Virus record (IMG/VR): IMGVR_UViG_3300006735_000018
Coordinates: 1 to 64,000 of that record
Direction: 5' to 3' (one strand)
Length of the DNA: 64,000 bases
DNA from: a virus
Shown: positions 47,450-58,217 of the stretch, piece after piece
Position numbering within the stretch: position 1 is the stretch's first letter
Layout of the letters: each line of letters begins with the position of its first letter
Program-made: the position numbers and the translations under genes
The notes under the pieces: model-generated
Told to the model about the DNA's origin: nothing
What the model saw: only the letters and a program-made list of their open reading frames with translations
Databases searched by the model: none

Positions 47450-50400
47450 TTAAACACTTTGTTCATTTCCAAGATAGTCACTACTAAAACTATTAGGGTT
47501 TAGATATGACTTAATTTCTTTAAGATTTTCATTTAACTGATACTTTATTATTTCATAATGTAAGTGAACACCAGTAGAATATCCAGTAGTACCCATAACA
47601 CCTATTTTAGTATTTTTATTAATACTCGAATTTACACCACTATTTGTTATAGTTTCTTCTTTTATATGAGCTAATATAAATTTATATCGAGTAACCGCTC
47701 CCGCAACATATGCCGATAAATCAGTTGGTTTGATGAGAATTTTTTCGATAACTATATGATTTCCATAACCTCCACCACATTTTTTTGCTGTTGCACTAGA
47801 ACCAGGTTTACACCCACTAATTTTACCTGTTATTATACCCGTTATTGGTGATAATAAGTCTATGTCTGTACCTCTAAATTCTGATTTAGGTGAATAATCT
47901 ATTCCTTTGTGTGGTCTTTGACCAATAACCGCACCCGTTGACTCATCAACAATGTCTCTTTGTACCCAGAATGATTGGGCTTCTGTTGGTGTTACTATTT
48001 TACTTAGGTCTACAGGGTCTACTACAGCAAAAGTTAAAGTACTTATATCATCATCACTAATTGTTAACTCTTCAGGTACTGTTAAATTGTGTGGGTCTAG
48101 GTGTGGTGTTGTACTAGATACTGGTGTTTCCTCTAAATCACTATCCATACTTTTAAGTAATGTTTCTTGTATTGAGGATATTAAATCTGTTATTTTAGGT
48201 AGACTAGGTATTCCCACTCTAACACCATTAAAAGTTGTTGACATATCATTAGGTGTAATAGTATGGTTTACATCCATTATCAAATATGGGCCACTAAACA
48301 TAGGTAAATATCTTAGTTGAAAGTATGTTGTTGGTTGTATTAAAGCGTTACCCATAGAAGTTACTTGACATTTATAAGACCTAGATTTATATAGGTTAAA
48401 TAAATTTAGTGAATTAGTGGAAACTTTGGACCCACTGGCCACCTTACCCATATCTTCTAAAATTCTAAAAGATTCACTTGTGTTTGGAAATTCTGACTGG
48501 TCTAACCCAATACTTTCAAAAATTTGTTGATTTGGTATACCAAAATCTACAGCGAAGGCTACAACCTTATTATTTAAATCTTTTTCTTCTTGCCCTTGTG
48601 GTATTGGTTGACATAGTGGGTTTGGACTTACCCTATTTAACACAAAGGTATCATTATTATAACCGTAGGTTGATGTTTTCACATCTAGACTGGTTGATGG
48701 TGGTCCTACATATTGACAGAGATATTTAGGTGATGATAATGTATAGTCAACTGTTTTAAAAGCACCAAACATAGCGTTACCTTGACCCTGTGTGTCGTGT
48801 TCCTCCATATTATAAAAATTAACATAAGAAGGTAGGGGTATAAAATTAAAAAAGTTTTTAGCACACAAAGTACTTACAAAACCACCTATAGTTTGTTTAA
48901 CTGACGTAGATGGGTTATCTGTAAATGGCGTATCTAACCCTAAAAATTGGTATATGTCTATAACCGCGTCATTACCAATATCTATATTACCCCTATCTAA
49001 GAACATAAATTTTTCAAATTGTGTATTATAAGAAGGTAGAGCCTTAGAGTTTGTTGGTGTTGGTGCATTCAAATCTTCTCCTTGAACTTGAGTACCTGAT
49101 ATCCATTTATCGTTAAATGTTTTAAATACTTGGTATAACTCTAATTTAAGATTGTCCGCAACAATTTTAGGTCTACCATCATCTTTACCACCATCATTAT
49201 TATTAGAATTATTTAATCCTTTTGTTGGGTCTAGTTTTGCTACCTGTTTGAATAATTCATTAACATAGTATTTATCATAACTTATAAGATTATCTAAATA
49301 GGTATTTAATCTGTTAGAAAATTCTGATTTTGACAATCCGTTAACCGCTGTTGGGTTTGTACGTAAAGTTTCTGTTAGATATTGTTTAAGTATTGGTGCG
49401 AATTGTCGTGCTAGGGTTGGTGAGATATTGAAGTTTTTAAAGAAGTCAAAACATATAGCTGTAGCGTTATTGTGTGCAATATCAATACCCACATCTCTTT
49501 TAGGTAAAACAGTTCGACTAATAATAAACGTAAAGGTAATATCAGGGGTACCACCCGGATATAGTGATGCGTCATAACTTTTCAACTCCATTACTGGAAT
49601 TAAAGGTGCTTTATCTAATATATAATACATTAATTGTTTTGTAGATATTTTAGGACCACCAGGTCCTGTAGGACTTACAACAATATCCCAACCATTAACA
49701 GAACCATGTTTATATATTACTTTTTGTTTTAAAAATATTCTACTTATAGTTAAGAAATTTTTATACTGTGTTTTAGCAATATCTATAGTTTTATGTGTTA
49801 AATTACCGTTTGGTCTGGCGTCAATATCTACCTCAGCGTCTATACTATTTTTATCTACAACCATTAATTTTTTAAATATAGATTTAAAGGTTGTAAACTC
49901 ACCTTCTACTACTGTAGCGTTTGGATTTGTTGGTTCACAAAAATTTAAAAATTGTGTTTCAAACTCATTTAAAACCTGTTCAGGAAAAATAGAAAGTATT
50001 TCTGTGATATCATCATAATTGGTGGTTGTATTATCAGTATTGTTAATATTCCAAGCTTGTTGATTTGGTTGGGTGGTGTCTATTCTTTTAAAGTAATTAC
50101 TGCTAGGTACTCTCCCATATAACCCACCATATTGTAATGGTATACTTCCTGGTTGTGTAACATCAAACGCCCCATAACCAGCTCCACCCCATAAAAATCT
50201 TGCACTACCATCAAAACCAGCTGTATTTATATTGTCCTCCATGAAACTTAAATCGGTATTAACTAAAGCACCAGCTGAAGGATATAATATATAATATGGG
50301 TCTGTAGCTGGGTCTATTTCTGTAATTCCTTGTGTACCCACATTAGTGGAGTCTATAAAAGTGGAATAAAAATTATATTCTATACCGTTTTTAGAAAAGG

Positions 50401-53400
50401 TTAAATCTTCTTCTTTTTCAAGTTCCATACCACCAGCTACTATACCTGTAAACATATTATTTACATTAGTTGAACCTGGTACCCAACTACCAACACTAGG
50501 TAGTATAGTTTTATCAGTAACAATTGTATGTACAGCATTTATTAGTCTAGGCCAAAAACCTAAGGTTATTTCTTCAGTATTTAAACCTGGTAATATATTA
50601 CCATTATATGACCAATCATACCAACCCATACCATTTGCAAATGATGGGTCCGCATACCACTCATTACACCTAATATTACCATCTATTCCGGTTCCACCAC
50701 CATCACCACCACCTAATCCACAAAATGTACTATTTTCAGGAGCTATAGGACCATTTTTATATTCATGCCATATGGAACCTATTTTTAAAATAAACGAATA
50801 TGGTAGTTCATGATAACCAGCTAATTGTTTTATAGCTTGAGCTACATAAGCTCCATATTGGTGTTTACCTTGGTATTCTGTTATTACTTTTTCTAATGTA
50901 CTAGTAACTGGTAGAGAATTTAAAAAGAGGTATGCCGCATCTTTGTAGGGTTCTGGGTTACCAATTTGTTCTTCTGTAAAAGCTTTATATATTGCATTAG
51001 CAAACCAAGGTGTATTCATCATAGAAACTATTTGTGATGAAAATGAGTTTGAGGTATAGTTTATACCGTCAGTAGTACTTTGTAATTCAATGGTAGGTTC
51101 TTTAGTTGTGTAGTATTGTTCCCAGTTATCAAAAGTGGTAAATGTACTAACATAATCCCAATCACCCTCAACAACCTCTAACAAACTACCATAAACAGTA
51201 TCTACATCCCAATTTAAATTAGTATAATATTGACATGATTTACGAAATCCAACGTCGTCTCCAATTGCTCTTGTCGCATAAACATTTGTTTGTGTGTCTA
51301 TTTGTAAAACATCTATTTCAAAGAATTTTTCAGCGGTTACATTGGCTGAATCAGACAATTTGCTCCTTAAACTAGTTAAATTACCAATATTAAATGGATA
51401 AAAATCAAACCACCAATCTTGTGTTTTTTTACTTTCTAGAAAAAGTTTTTGATACTTTACATAACTACCATTTTCAGTAAATATTTCAACAACACTAGAT
51501 TCCGGGTACAACCCATAAGATGTGTCAATTATGTCGTTTGGTTTTGAATTAAAACTACTTAGATATGGGGTGTTAATATGTCCATTTTCCCATAATAAAA
51601 ATTTATCCTGTGAGTCTTCTGATAAAATATTTATTAAAGAATTATAGTCTATGTTATTATCTTTAAAAAATTCTTGTAAATTAAAATCACTTTCAATAGC
51701 CACCATTAAATTTTTAGCATCATTTTGTGCAGCTTCTAATAATGTATCAACAATTTGTGATGGTTTAGATTTATAACCTGTAATACCCACATAATTAGTG
51801 AAGTCACTTGCCCTATCTAATATTTCCCATAATATACTATTTTTAACAGTGTAACTATAAGCCTTTTCTATAAAAGGAAATTGTCTTACAGATAAAGCTA
51901 TTTGTCCAGTATACCTTACTTCATTATCAGATTGAAATGGTACTTGGTTGACTCTGGAGTGAATTGCTTTTGTATATTCTTCTATGAACTCTACTTCAGG
52001 CCACCATAAAGCATTTTGTGCGTTAGTTTCTGAAAGACTACCGGCAGCTCCTGGATATTGTAAAACATATCTATTTTCATTGTCGTCATATTGATAGTAT
52101 TGTGGCCAAGGAAAAACCTCCTTACCACCCTTAACACTATCTTCATATCCTTTCTTATTTGTTATTACGGACTTTACCCTTTCTGGTGTTGTTCTCTGTT
52201 CAAACGCCTTTGTATGAACTCTATCCATCAACCTTAAATAGGTGTCAACACCTGCAATAACAACACTCATTAAATTCCTAATTGATGGGTAAAATGATAG
52301 ACTTTGTTGGAATACTGTTTTTAGTTTATCACTAGCTTCAGTTTGTGCTTTTTTATAATTTTTTTCAAATTCTTCCAATACTCTACCATAAACACCCCCA
52401 AAACTTTTTGGTGAATCAAATAAAACGTACCAACCTTTGGAGTCTGGTTTTAATTTACTAATATCGTTAGAATTTGTATTTACAGCTCTTTGGTTTTCTA
52501 CAGTAAAATCTTTAATTAAATTTACAGCCTCTTTTCCAGTTAAACCAAAAGTAACATTATCCCCCAATTGTTTTTTGTAACCCTCTATTATATATTTTAA
52601 TTTAGATTCAGCATTACTAATGTATTCATCTGTGATTTCTTTAAGTCTAAAAGCGTGAGCTACTACTTTTTTATCATCACTATCTGGATTACCAGTAGAA
52701 CCCAATGTCATATCTAATAATTCTTCACGACTTTCATCTATAAAGTTTTCCATCCAACCATTAGTACCTCTTATAGCGTTCCAAAAATTTTTTAAGTGTT
52801 CTTGATATGTTTTTTGGTCATTACTAAATCTTAAGTCTGCTTTACTAAAGTTTTTTTTAAGGTTATCGGTAAAACCCTCAACCTTACCTATCAATTCAAA
52901 AATTGTGAGGTGTGGAAAATCTTGTGGTATTAATTTCTTTTTTTTATATATCCCATAAACATCATCCATAATTTTTCTACCTAATCCTTTAGGTGTTTCT
53001 TCATTGTTTGATTGTTTAACTACTGGGTATAGGTAAGGAGCTAACATAGCTTGTTGTAGATTAATATCATTTAATAAAGCTATGTGATTACCGATAAAAG
53101 TACCTGTAACATTATAGTCACCAGAATTACTATCAAAATTAGCTTGGAAGTTTGTCATAGCTAATTGATACTTTACAGCTTTACCGTAGTAACCCTTTAC
53201 GGTTAACTCAAATTGTGGATAGGGTAAGTGAAAAAATGCTGTGTAAGGTGTGTTTGTCTCTGCTTGTTCAAATAAAGTTTTACCTCTAACGTCAGTAAAA
53301 TTTATAGTAACTTGTGGGACAAATGAAGAACTTATTTTTATATCTATGTTTGTTATACCAAAACCCTGAAAATCACTTTTATTTTCTATACTTTTAGTAA

Positions 53401-53770
53401 AAAAAGTTTGTCCTTGTTCGTTAGTATCTTCGGTACGTACTATTTTATTTACCGATGGGTCGGTAAACGCGTCTGTCCAATCACTATCTAAAGATTTTTT
53501 ATTTTTAGGTTTTAAAAAGTTTATTTCACCATCAAATAAATCAACCTTAACTCCACTATCAGAAGCCCCCTTACCTTGAATTAGTTTAGACCTAGGTATT
53601 ACTCTAGCTGTTAAATTTACATATATAACTAAGTCTTCGTGTCTAACTAGTCTATCTTCAATACTTTGTCCGTCAGCACTCTGTATCTTATTAGGGTCTA
53701 TTAGAATTAGATTATCACAAACTTGTTTTGTATAAACACTTTCACTAGCGTTAAGAATATCATCTGCCAT
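47450..53770 (-). CDS. Giant baseplate hub-like protein with C-terminal M23 peptidase (virion-associated peptidoglycan hydrolase)
   Basis: C-terminal HKGIDY..GYGNHIVI..LAH..GTTGYSTGVHLHYEI (M23); hub-like FGITNIDI..FTDVRG and GNALIQP..FSGPYLIMDVNHTI segments. Confidence 0.8.
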   Translation of the reverse strand: MADDILNASESVYTKQVCDNLILIDPNKIQSADGQSIEDRLVRHEDLVIYVNLTARVIPRSKLIQGKGASDSGVKVDLFDGEINFLKPKNKKSLDSDWTDAFTDPSVNKIVRTEDTNEQGQTFFTKSIENKSDFQGFGITNIDIKISSSFVPQVTINFTDVRGKTLFEQAETNTPYTAFFHLPYPQFELTVKGYYGKAVKYQLAMTNFQANFDSNSGDYNVTGTFIGNHIALLNDINLQQAMLAPYLYPVVKQSNNEETPKGLGRKIMDDVYGIYKKKKLIPQDFPHLTIFELIGKVEGFTDNLKKNFSKADLRFSNDQKTYQEHLKNFWNAIRGTNGWMENFIDESREELLDMTLGSTGNPDSDDKKVVAHAFRLKEITDEYISNAESKLKYIIEGYKKQLGDNVTFGLTGKEAVNLIKDFTVENQRAVNTNSNDISKLKPDSKGWYVLFDSPKSFGGVYGRVLEEFEKNYKKAQTEASDKLKTVFQQSLSFYPSIRNLMSVVIAGVDTYLRLMDRVHTKAFEQRTTPERVKSVITNKKGYEDSVKGGKEVFPWPQYYQYDDNENRYVLQYPGAAGSLSETNAQNALWWPEVEFIEEYTKAIHSRVNQVPFQSDNEVRYTGQIALSVRQFPFIEKAYSYTVKNSILWEILDRASDFTNYVGITGYKSKPSQIVDTLLEAAQNDAKNLMVAIESDFNLQEFFKDNNIDYNSLINILSEDSQDKFLLWENGHINTPYLSSFNSKPNDIIDTSYGLYPESSVVEIFTENGSYVKYQKLFLESKKTQDWWFDFYPFNIGNLTSLRSKLSDSANVTAEKFFEIDVLQIDTQTNVYATRAIGDDVGFRKSCQYYTNLNWDVDTVYGSLLEVVEGDWDYVSTFTTFDNWEQYYTTKEPTIELQSTTDGINYTSNSFSSQIVSMMNTPWFANAIYKAFTEEQIGNPEPYKDAAYLFLNSLPVTSTLEKVITEYQGKHQYGAYVAQAIKQLAGYHELPYSFILKIGSIWHEYKNGPIAPENSTFCGLGGGDGGGTGIDGNIRCNEWYADPSFANGMGWYDWSYNGNILPGLNTEEITLGFWPRLINAVHTIVTDKTILPSVGSWVPGSTNVNNMFTGIVAGGMELEKEEDLTFSKNGIEYNFYSTFIDSTNVGTQGITEIDPATDPYYILYPSAGALVNTDLSFMEDNINTAGFDGSARFLWGGAGYGAFDVTQPGSIPLQYGGLYGRVPSSNYFKRIDTTQPNQQAWNINNTDNTTTNYDDITEILSIFPEQVLNEFETQFLNFCEPTNPNATVVEGEFTTFKSIFKKLMVVDKNSIDAEVDIDARPNGNLTHKTIDIAKTQYKNFLTISRIFLKQKVIYKHGSVNGWDIVVSPTGPGGPKISTKQLMYYILDKAPLIPVMELKSYDASLYPGGTPDITFTFIISRTVLPKRDVGIDIAHNNATAICFDFFKNFNISPTLARQFAPILKQYLTETLRTNPTAVNGLSKSEFSNRLNTYLDNLISYDKYYVNELFKQVAKLDPTKGLNNSNNNDGGKDDGRPKIVADNLKLELYQVFKTFNDKWISGTQVQGEDLNAPTPTNSKALPSYNTQFEKFMFLDRGNIDIGNDAVIDIYQFLGLDTPFTDNPSTSVKQTIGGFVSTLCAKNFFNFIPLPSYVNFYNMEEHDTQGQGNAMFGAFKTVDYTLSSPKYLCQYVGPPSTSLDVKTSTYGYNNDTFVLNRVSPNPLCQPIPQGQEEKDLNNKVVAFAVDFGIPNQQIFESIGLDQSEFPNTSESFRILEDMGKVASGSKVSTNSLNLFNLYKSRSYKCQVTSMGNALIQPTTYFQLRYLPMFSGPYLIMDVNHTITPNDMSTTFNGVRVGIPSLPKITDLISSIQETLLKSMDSDLEETPVSSTTPHLDPHNLTVPEELTISDDDISTLTFAVVDPVDLSKIVTPTEAQSFWVQRDIVDESTGAVIGQRPHKGIDYSPKSEFRGTDIDLLSPITGIITGKISGCKPGSSATAKKCGGGYGNHIVIEKILIKPTDLSAYVAGAVTRYKFILAHIKEETITNSGVNSSINKNTKIGVMGTTGYSTGVHLHYEIIKYQLNENLKEIKSYLNPNSFSSDYLGNEQSV

Positions 53771-54077
53771 AATATAAGAAATGTTTATCTAATTCACTTT
53801 TGTAGTCTTGTAAACTAACTGTTAGTGGGAAAGGTACTCTAATTATTCTACCGTCAGTTATATTCCATTCTTGTCCACCATATTCTGGATTTGCTTGTAA
53901 TATTAACCAACCAAAATAAGGTGTGTTGTATATTTGTTGAGATATTTTATCTAGTCTGCTTCGTCCTACTTTATAGACTAGGTATTTATCTGAACTTTTT
54001 TTAGGTATGTTTATCAACGGTACGGTTCTCGATTGTCCATTAACCTCAAAATCTTTATATCTGTTATAATATGACAT
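53760..54077 (-). CDS. LysM-like baseplate protein (gp53 / tail X-like)
   Basis: RLDKISQQIYNTPYFGWLILQANP..GRIIRVP. Confidence 0.8.
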   Translation of the reverse strand: MSYYNRYKDFEVNGQSRTVPLINIPKKSSDKYLVYKVGRSRLDKISQQIYNTPYFGWLILQANPEYGGQEWNITDGRIIRVPFPLTVSLQDYKSELDKHFLYYGR

Positions 54078-54078
54078 T

Positions 54079-55170
54079 TTACGTAATACTTATATTTTTT
54101 CTTATTTTTAGGTTATAACTACTATTATTGGTACCCATAATTGTAGAATCGAAAAACCTTCTAACTAATGATAACTCACTATTACTTTGTGTAAAGGTAA
54201 CTTCGAAGTTATCTACAGCTTTAGGTATAGATTTAACTTTTTCTAATTGTTCTGGAATTTCTGTTTTACCAAAATGTTTTTCGTATTTTTTTGTATCGTA
54301 ATTTAAAAGTGTTATCGAAAATTTTAATAAATTTATTCTAAATTTTTCTGATATTTCTTTTTTTACCCCATCACTATATTTTCTTTTTACTTTGGTTAAC
54401 TCTTTTATTAATTCATTATTTCTATAAAAAATTAAATTTTCAGCATAACTATATCTAACATGGGAATCCATATATCTAATAATTTCGTCAGTCATTAATT
54501 TATCCATAAAGAATAAGTATTCGTTTGGGTAGGTTAACTTATTTGTGTATTCTGGTGTTACAGAACCAAACATATAAGAACAAAAATTACCTATAGTATT
54601 TGTTGTTGCGGAAACATCACTTAATAAGTTAGTGGTGCTAGTTCCTGTGGTTAAAGTATAACTTACCAAACCATTATTAGAACTACCAGTTAGATACCCA
54701 CCAACATTTGCAAAAACTAAATTAAGTTTGTCTATATTTTTAGATAAATCTAATTGTCTATCTCTTAATTCTACTAAAAACTCAACTAATAAAGTTCTTA
54801 ACTCTTTCCAAGAACTTTTAGAATGTTTTAATAAAACTTTTTTAACATATTCTCTGTCTAAATCACTACTTCCAAAAGGTAGTTCTTGTTGTATACCTGT
54901 TGTTTCAGCTGTTATAGAGTTTTTTAATTCCACATATTTTTCATCTAACCTTTTTAAAGAATCCTGTGGAAAACCTACTAGGTTTATACTCCTATTCATT
55001 ATATTGCCCCATTCATAACTTACATATCTAAAAGTTTCTTCTAAAACACCATGTCCTTGTTGATTGTATAAATCTATAAAACTAGTATTTAAAAATTCAC
55101 TGTAATTTTTTGAGCTAGTTAAAAAATTATTATAAAGTACTTTATATTTTGATTCTCCTGTAAGTGCCAT
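54079..55170 (-). CDS. Hypothetical protein
   Basis: 363 aa, helical; coupled to upstream gene by TAATG. Confidence 0.6.
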   Translation of the reverse strand: MALTGESKYKVLYNNFLTSSKNYSEFLNTSFIDLYNQQGHGVLEETFRYVSYEWGNIMNRSINLVGFPQDSLKRLDEKYVELKNSITAETTGIQQELPFGSSDLDREYVKKVLLKHSKSSWKELRTLLVEFLVELRDRQLDLSKNIDKLNLVFANVGGYLTGSSNNGLVSYTLTTGTSTTNLLSDVSATTNTIGNFCSYMFGSVTPEYTNKLTYPNEYLFFMDKLMTDEIIRYMDSHVRYSYAENLIFYRNNELIKELTKVKRKYSDGVKKEISEKFRINLLKFSITLLNYDTKKYEKHFGKTEIPEQLEKVKSIPKAVDNFEVTFTQSNSELSLVRRFFDSTIMGTNNSSYNLKIRKNISIT

Positions 55171-58100
55171 TATTCTGTTTCTAGATGTCCTTCACCACCT
55201 CCTTCAGTATCCCCCTCAGAGGTTACTGTTGGTCCTTCTGGTTTTTTAAAGAAGTTAACGAAATTATCAGCTATTTGGTCTAGTGACATTGTAGCCTCTG
55301 GTATAGTTTGAGGTTGAGCTCTTTCATCGTAAAGTTCTGTATTCGCAAAGTAACTAAACGATAAAGCGTTTTGTAATTTACTAACTGGACCTTCAAGACT
55401 TTGTCCACCAATAAATTTAAAGTTAGTTTGTACACTAACAATCATTGGTTGTACCCCCACACCTTCTGGGTTTAAGTCTAAAAGATTTTCATCATAAGAA
55501 TAACTAACAGAATCAAATACAACTTTAGAATGGTAAAAATCACCTATTCTTAACACACATACCGGTGGTGGTCCAAAAGCTGTGTTATCAGCATCTACAA
55601 CACTAGTCCCTTGTTCTGTCACAGTAGGTATTGTTTTACCTGGTCTTACACATTGTAACATAAAAGTTAATCTAGAGTTAAGTCCTTCTGGTGTCATAGA
55701 ATGAAAAGCTGGGTGAAAAAATTTCAAATTATCTCTTAGTGACTGGTATACAAAGGGGTATTGTTCTCTTAAAAAGGTAAAGTAGTTTGCTTCACCTAAC
55801 AATTTTCTAATAACACTAGTTATGGTATTTCTTTTATCTTGTGCTCCAATTCTAAATCCACCAGTAACTGTACCTTGGTCTACATTATCAACATTAATTT
55901 GAGCATTTTCAGCATCAGTCTCTTGATTATTTTCTATATTCTGTGCTTCTTCTGTAGTTAAATGACCACCCATATCTTGTTCTTCTGATAAATTATTTAA
56001 AACAGTATCCTCAGCGTCATTATGTACATCATTGGTAACCTCTTGGGACCCACCTACTACAGCTGTCTGTAAAGCGTTAAGTACATCTAAACCTATATTC
56101 GGGTATTGTTGTGCTAGTTGGTATATGTCAAATTTTCTACATCCAGCAAAAAAAGCTTCCAATACAGCATCTGCCTCCGCATCACTCATACCTTTTAACT
56201 GCATATCCACTATAGCGTTTAGTGTTGATGGATGGTCAACAACTATCTTCCAAGATAACGTACCTAACCTTTCTGTGTGGTTGTATGTGTATATAGGTTC
56301 CGGTCTACCTAAAAAATTAGTACTACTCCAACTAGCAGAGTTTGTATCCCCTACTTGTATATCATATGGTGGAAACCACATTATTCTACCACCGTTTGGT
56401 CCTTTTTCTGAAGCTGGTAAATTGCTTTGTTCTCCGGTACCTCTCCATGATAAATTTTCAATAGAGAACATATATTTTTTAACTTTAGTACCTTCAGGCA
56501 TACTTGTAGATTTACCACCATCTCTATTTGTTGGTGCTATATTTAAATTAAATGTAGAATCTAATATAGAATTTGTATTTTTCCATTGATTACCTTCAGA
56601 CCTAACTAAATTACTATATGTGGAATATGTTCTATCTTTAGTCCAAGCTCTACAATATTCCACACAATTCCAAACTACCTCACCTGGTGTAAATGAAGTT
56701 ACTCTAGAACCTTTAGATATGTTTTTATATCCATCATTAAATACCTTAGAAACTTGGTCTATCGCGTTACCAGCATGTTTCCATTTTGCCCCACCGTAAG
56801 CCGGTGCAGAATCCATAAGATTTTGGGTGTAGTCTAATAATCCCCCCTTTTTCTTAGGTTTTAAATCTGACCTTGTTGAGTAGAATTGCATTGATTGTTC
56901 ACCTGAAGATATTGAATTTCTTCCGTACCAAGTGAATCCACCCTCTATGGTACCACCATCTGTTAATGCTTTCCCTAAAGGCCCTATTTGGTAGTATCTC
57001 CATAAAGCTCTACCTTCCACATTATCAAACTCTTTATAAACTTCGGAAGGACCATAAACTAAAGCTCTAATTTCTCTACCAAAAACATCTTTAGGTGTAG
57101 CTTCTATAGGTGACTGTATTAGACTAGGTTCTGTATTTTTACTACCCACATAATAGTGAGCTATTGGTGCTTTTACCGATGGGTCTACCTGTACTCTAGT
57201 GTAATCAGGTCTAAATATATTGTAGTTAAGATTATTAAATAACTGAGACTGTTGGTCTTTCCCCATAAATTCTATAAACTTGTCAGATGGTGAAGGTACA
57301 CTAGATGGTGTGTTAGGTAATGGGTTAGACCCTGTTATACCATTCCATATACCATTTAAAATATTACCCGCTTGTGTAAAAAAGTCATCTTGTGAAATAT
57401 TATTAGCTCCTTGACCAACAATACTATTAATATTTAAAGGCATGGCTGGTGTAGTATAAAATCCTGGTATTGGTGATTGTATAGAGTATACACCTTCTAA
57501 TCTAGATAGGTAGTCTGACTTTGGTGGTATTATTGACCCAGGTGATGTTGTTATATTTAGAGTAGCGTCACCATTTTCACTTATATTAAAATCAAACTTA
57601 GCTAGATTAAAACCTAAATTATCTTTTAAATATGGAAATGAAGACTTTATCAACATAGAGTCATCCAAAACCATAGAATTTAAGGTCACTAATTGTCCAT
57701 TATTACTATTAACGGATTGCATTATTTCAATAGCTGTGTAATCGGAATATCTAAAAGAATCAAAAGATAGCCCTGGAACAAACCCTTGTGGTTGTAGTGT
57801 GTTAGGACTTATGTATTGTAGTTGAGCTTCGGTAACTAAATTAACCACGTTTATTGATAGTGGGTCTCCGTAGCCACTTTGTGGCCCATATTTGTTTACT
57901 AAGAACTGTGTTTCCTTTAAAGGAATTCCGTTCATATCATTAACATCTTCAGGTATTGGGGAATCTTTAACAGAAACCCAATTTTGTGATGACACAACTA
58001 CACTACCTGGTTGTTGGTCACCGTTTGGTGGAATTGGGTTTCCTCTATTTAAATAAGAACCATCGAGATTTCTAGCAAGTAAAGCTTCTCTAAGTTTTTG

Positions 58101-58175
58101 CGTACTTAAAACAGAAATATTAAAATCTCCTTGAGCAAATGGGTATGTGATTCCTGTATTTTTACCTACTGACAT
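55170..58175 (-). CDS. Baseplate tube-initiator-like protein (gp48/gp54, CIS tube-like domain)
   Basis: WSSTNFLGRPEPIYTYNHTER and PPVCVLRIGDFY..SVSYSYD..PMIVSVQTNF patterns; lies between tape measure and LysM genes. Confidence 0.6.
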   Translation of the reverse strand: MSVGKNTGITYPFAQGDFNISVLSTQKLREALLARNLDGSYLNRGNPIPPNGDQQPGSVVVSSQNWVSVKDSPIPEDVNDMNGIPLKETQFLVNKYGPQSGYGDPLSINVVNLVTEAQLQYISPNTLQPQGFVPGLSFDSFRYSDYTAIEIMQSVNSNNGQLVTLNSMVLDDSMLIKSSFPYLKDNLGFNLAKFDFNISENGDATLNITTSPGSIIPPKSDYLSRLEGVYSIQSPIPGFYTTPAMPLNINSIVGQGANNISQDDFFTQAGNILNGIWNGITGSNPLPNTPSSVPSPSDKFIEFMGKDQQSQLFNNLNYNIFRPDYTRVQVDPSVKAPIAHYYVGSKNTEPSLIQSPIEATPKDVFGREIRALVYGPSEVYKEFDNVEGRALWRYYQIGPLGKALTDGGTIEGGFTWYGRNSISSGEQSMQFYSTRSDLKPKKKGGLLDYTQNLMDSAPAYGGAKWKHAGNAIDQVSKVFNDGYKNISKGSRVTSFTPGEVVWNCVEYCRAWTKDRTYSTYSNLVRSEGNQWKNTNSILDSTFNLNIAPTNRDGGKSTSMPEGTKVKKYMFSIENLSWRGTGEQSNLPASEKGPNGGRIMWFPPYDIQVGDTNSASWSSTNFLGRPEPIYTYNHTERLGTLSWKIVVDHPSTLNAIVDMQLKGMSDAEADAVLEAFFAGCRKFDIYQLAQQYPNIGLDVLNALQTAVVGGSQEVTNDVHNDAEDTVLNNLSEEQDMGGHLTTEEAQNIENNQETDAENAQINVDNVDQGTVTGGFRIGAQDKRNTITSVIRKLLGEANYFTFLREQYPFVYQSLRDNLKFFHPAFHSMTPEGLNSRLTFMLQCVRPGKTIPTVTEQGTSVVDADNTAFGPPPVCVLRIGDFYHSKVVFDSVSYSYDENLLDLNPEGVGVQPMIVSVQTNFKFIGGQSLEGPVSKLQNALSFSYFANTELYDERAQPQTIPEATMSLDQIADNFVNFFKKPEGPTVTSEGDTEGGGEGHLETE

Positions 58176-58190
58176 ATTTTATTCTTTTAA

Positions 58191-58198
58191 TATAAATA
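58191..58198 (-). promoter_or_regulatory. TATTTATA motif, putative phage promoter
   Basis: Upstream of ATG 58175. Confidence 0.55.
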
Positions 58199-58217
58199 GA
58201 TTAGGTTATAATTTTAA

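Noticed and set aside
56032-56589. 185-aa plus-strand ORF (also 36932-37378, 47952-48320, 59461-59916 and other short antisense or nested ORFs)
   Set aside because: Lie wholly within well-supported genes, with no recognisable motifs or expression signals.
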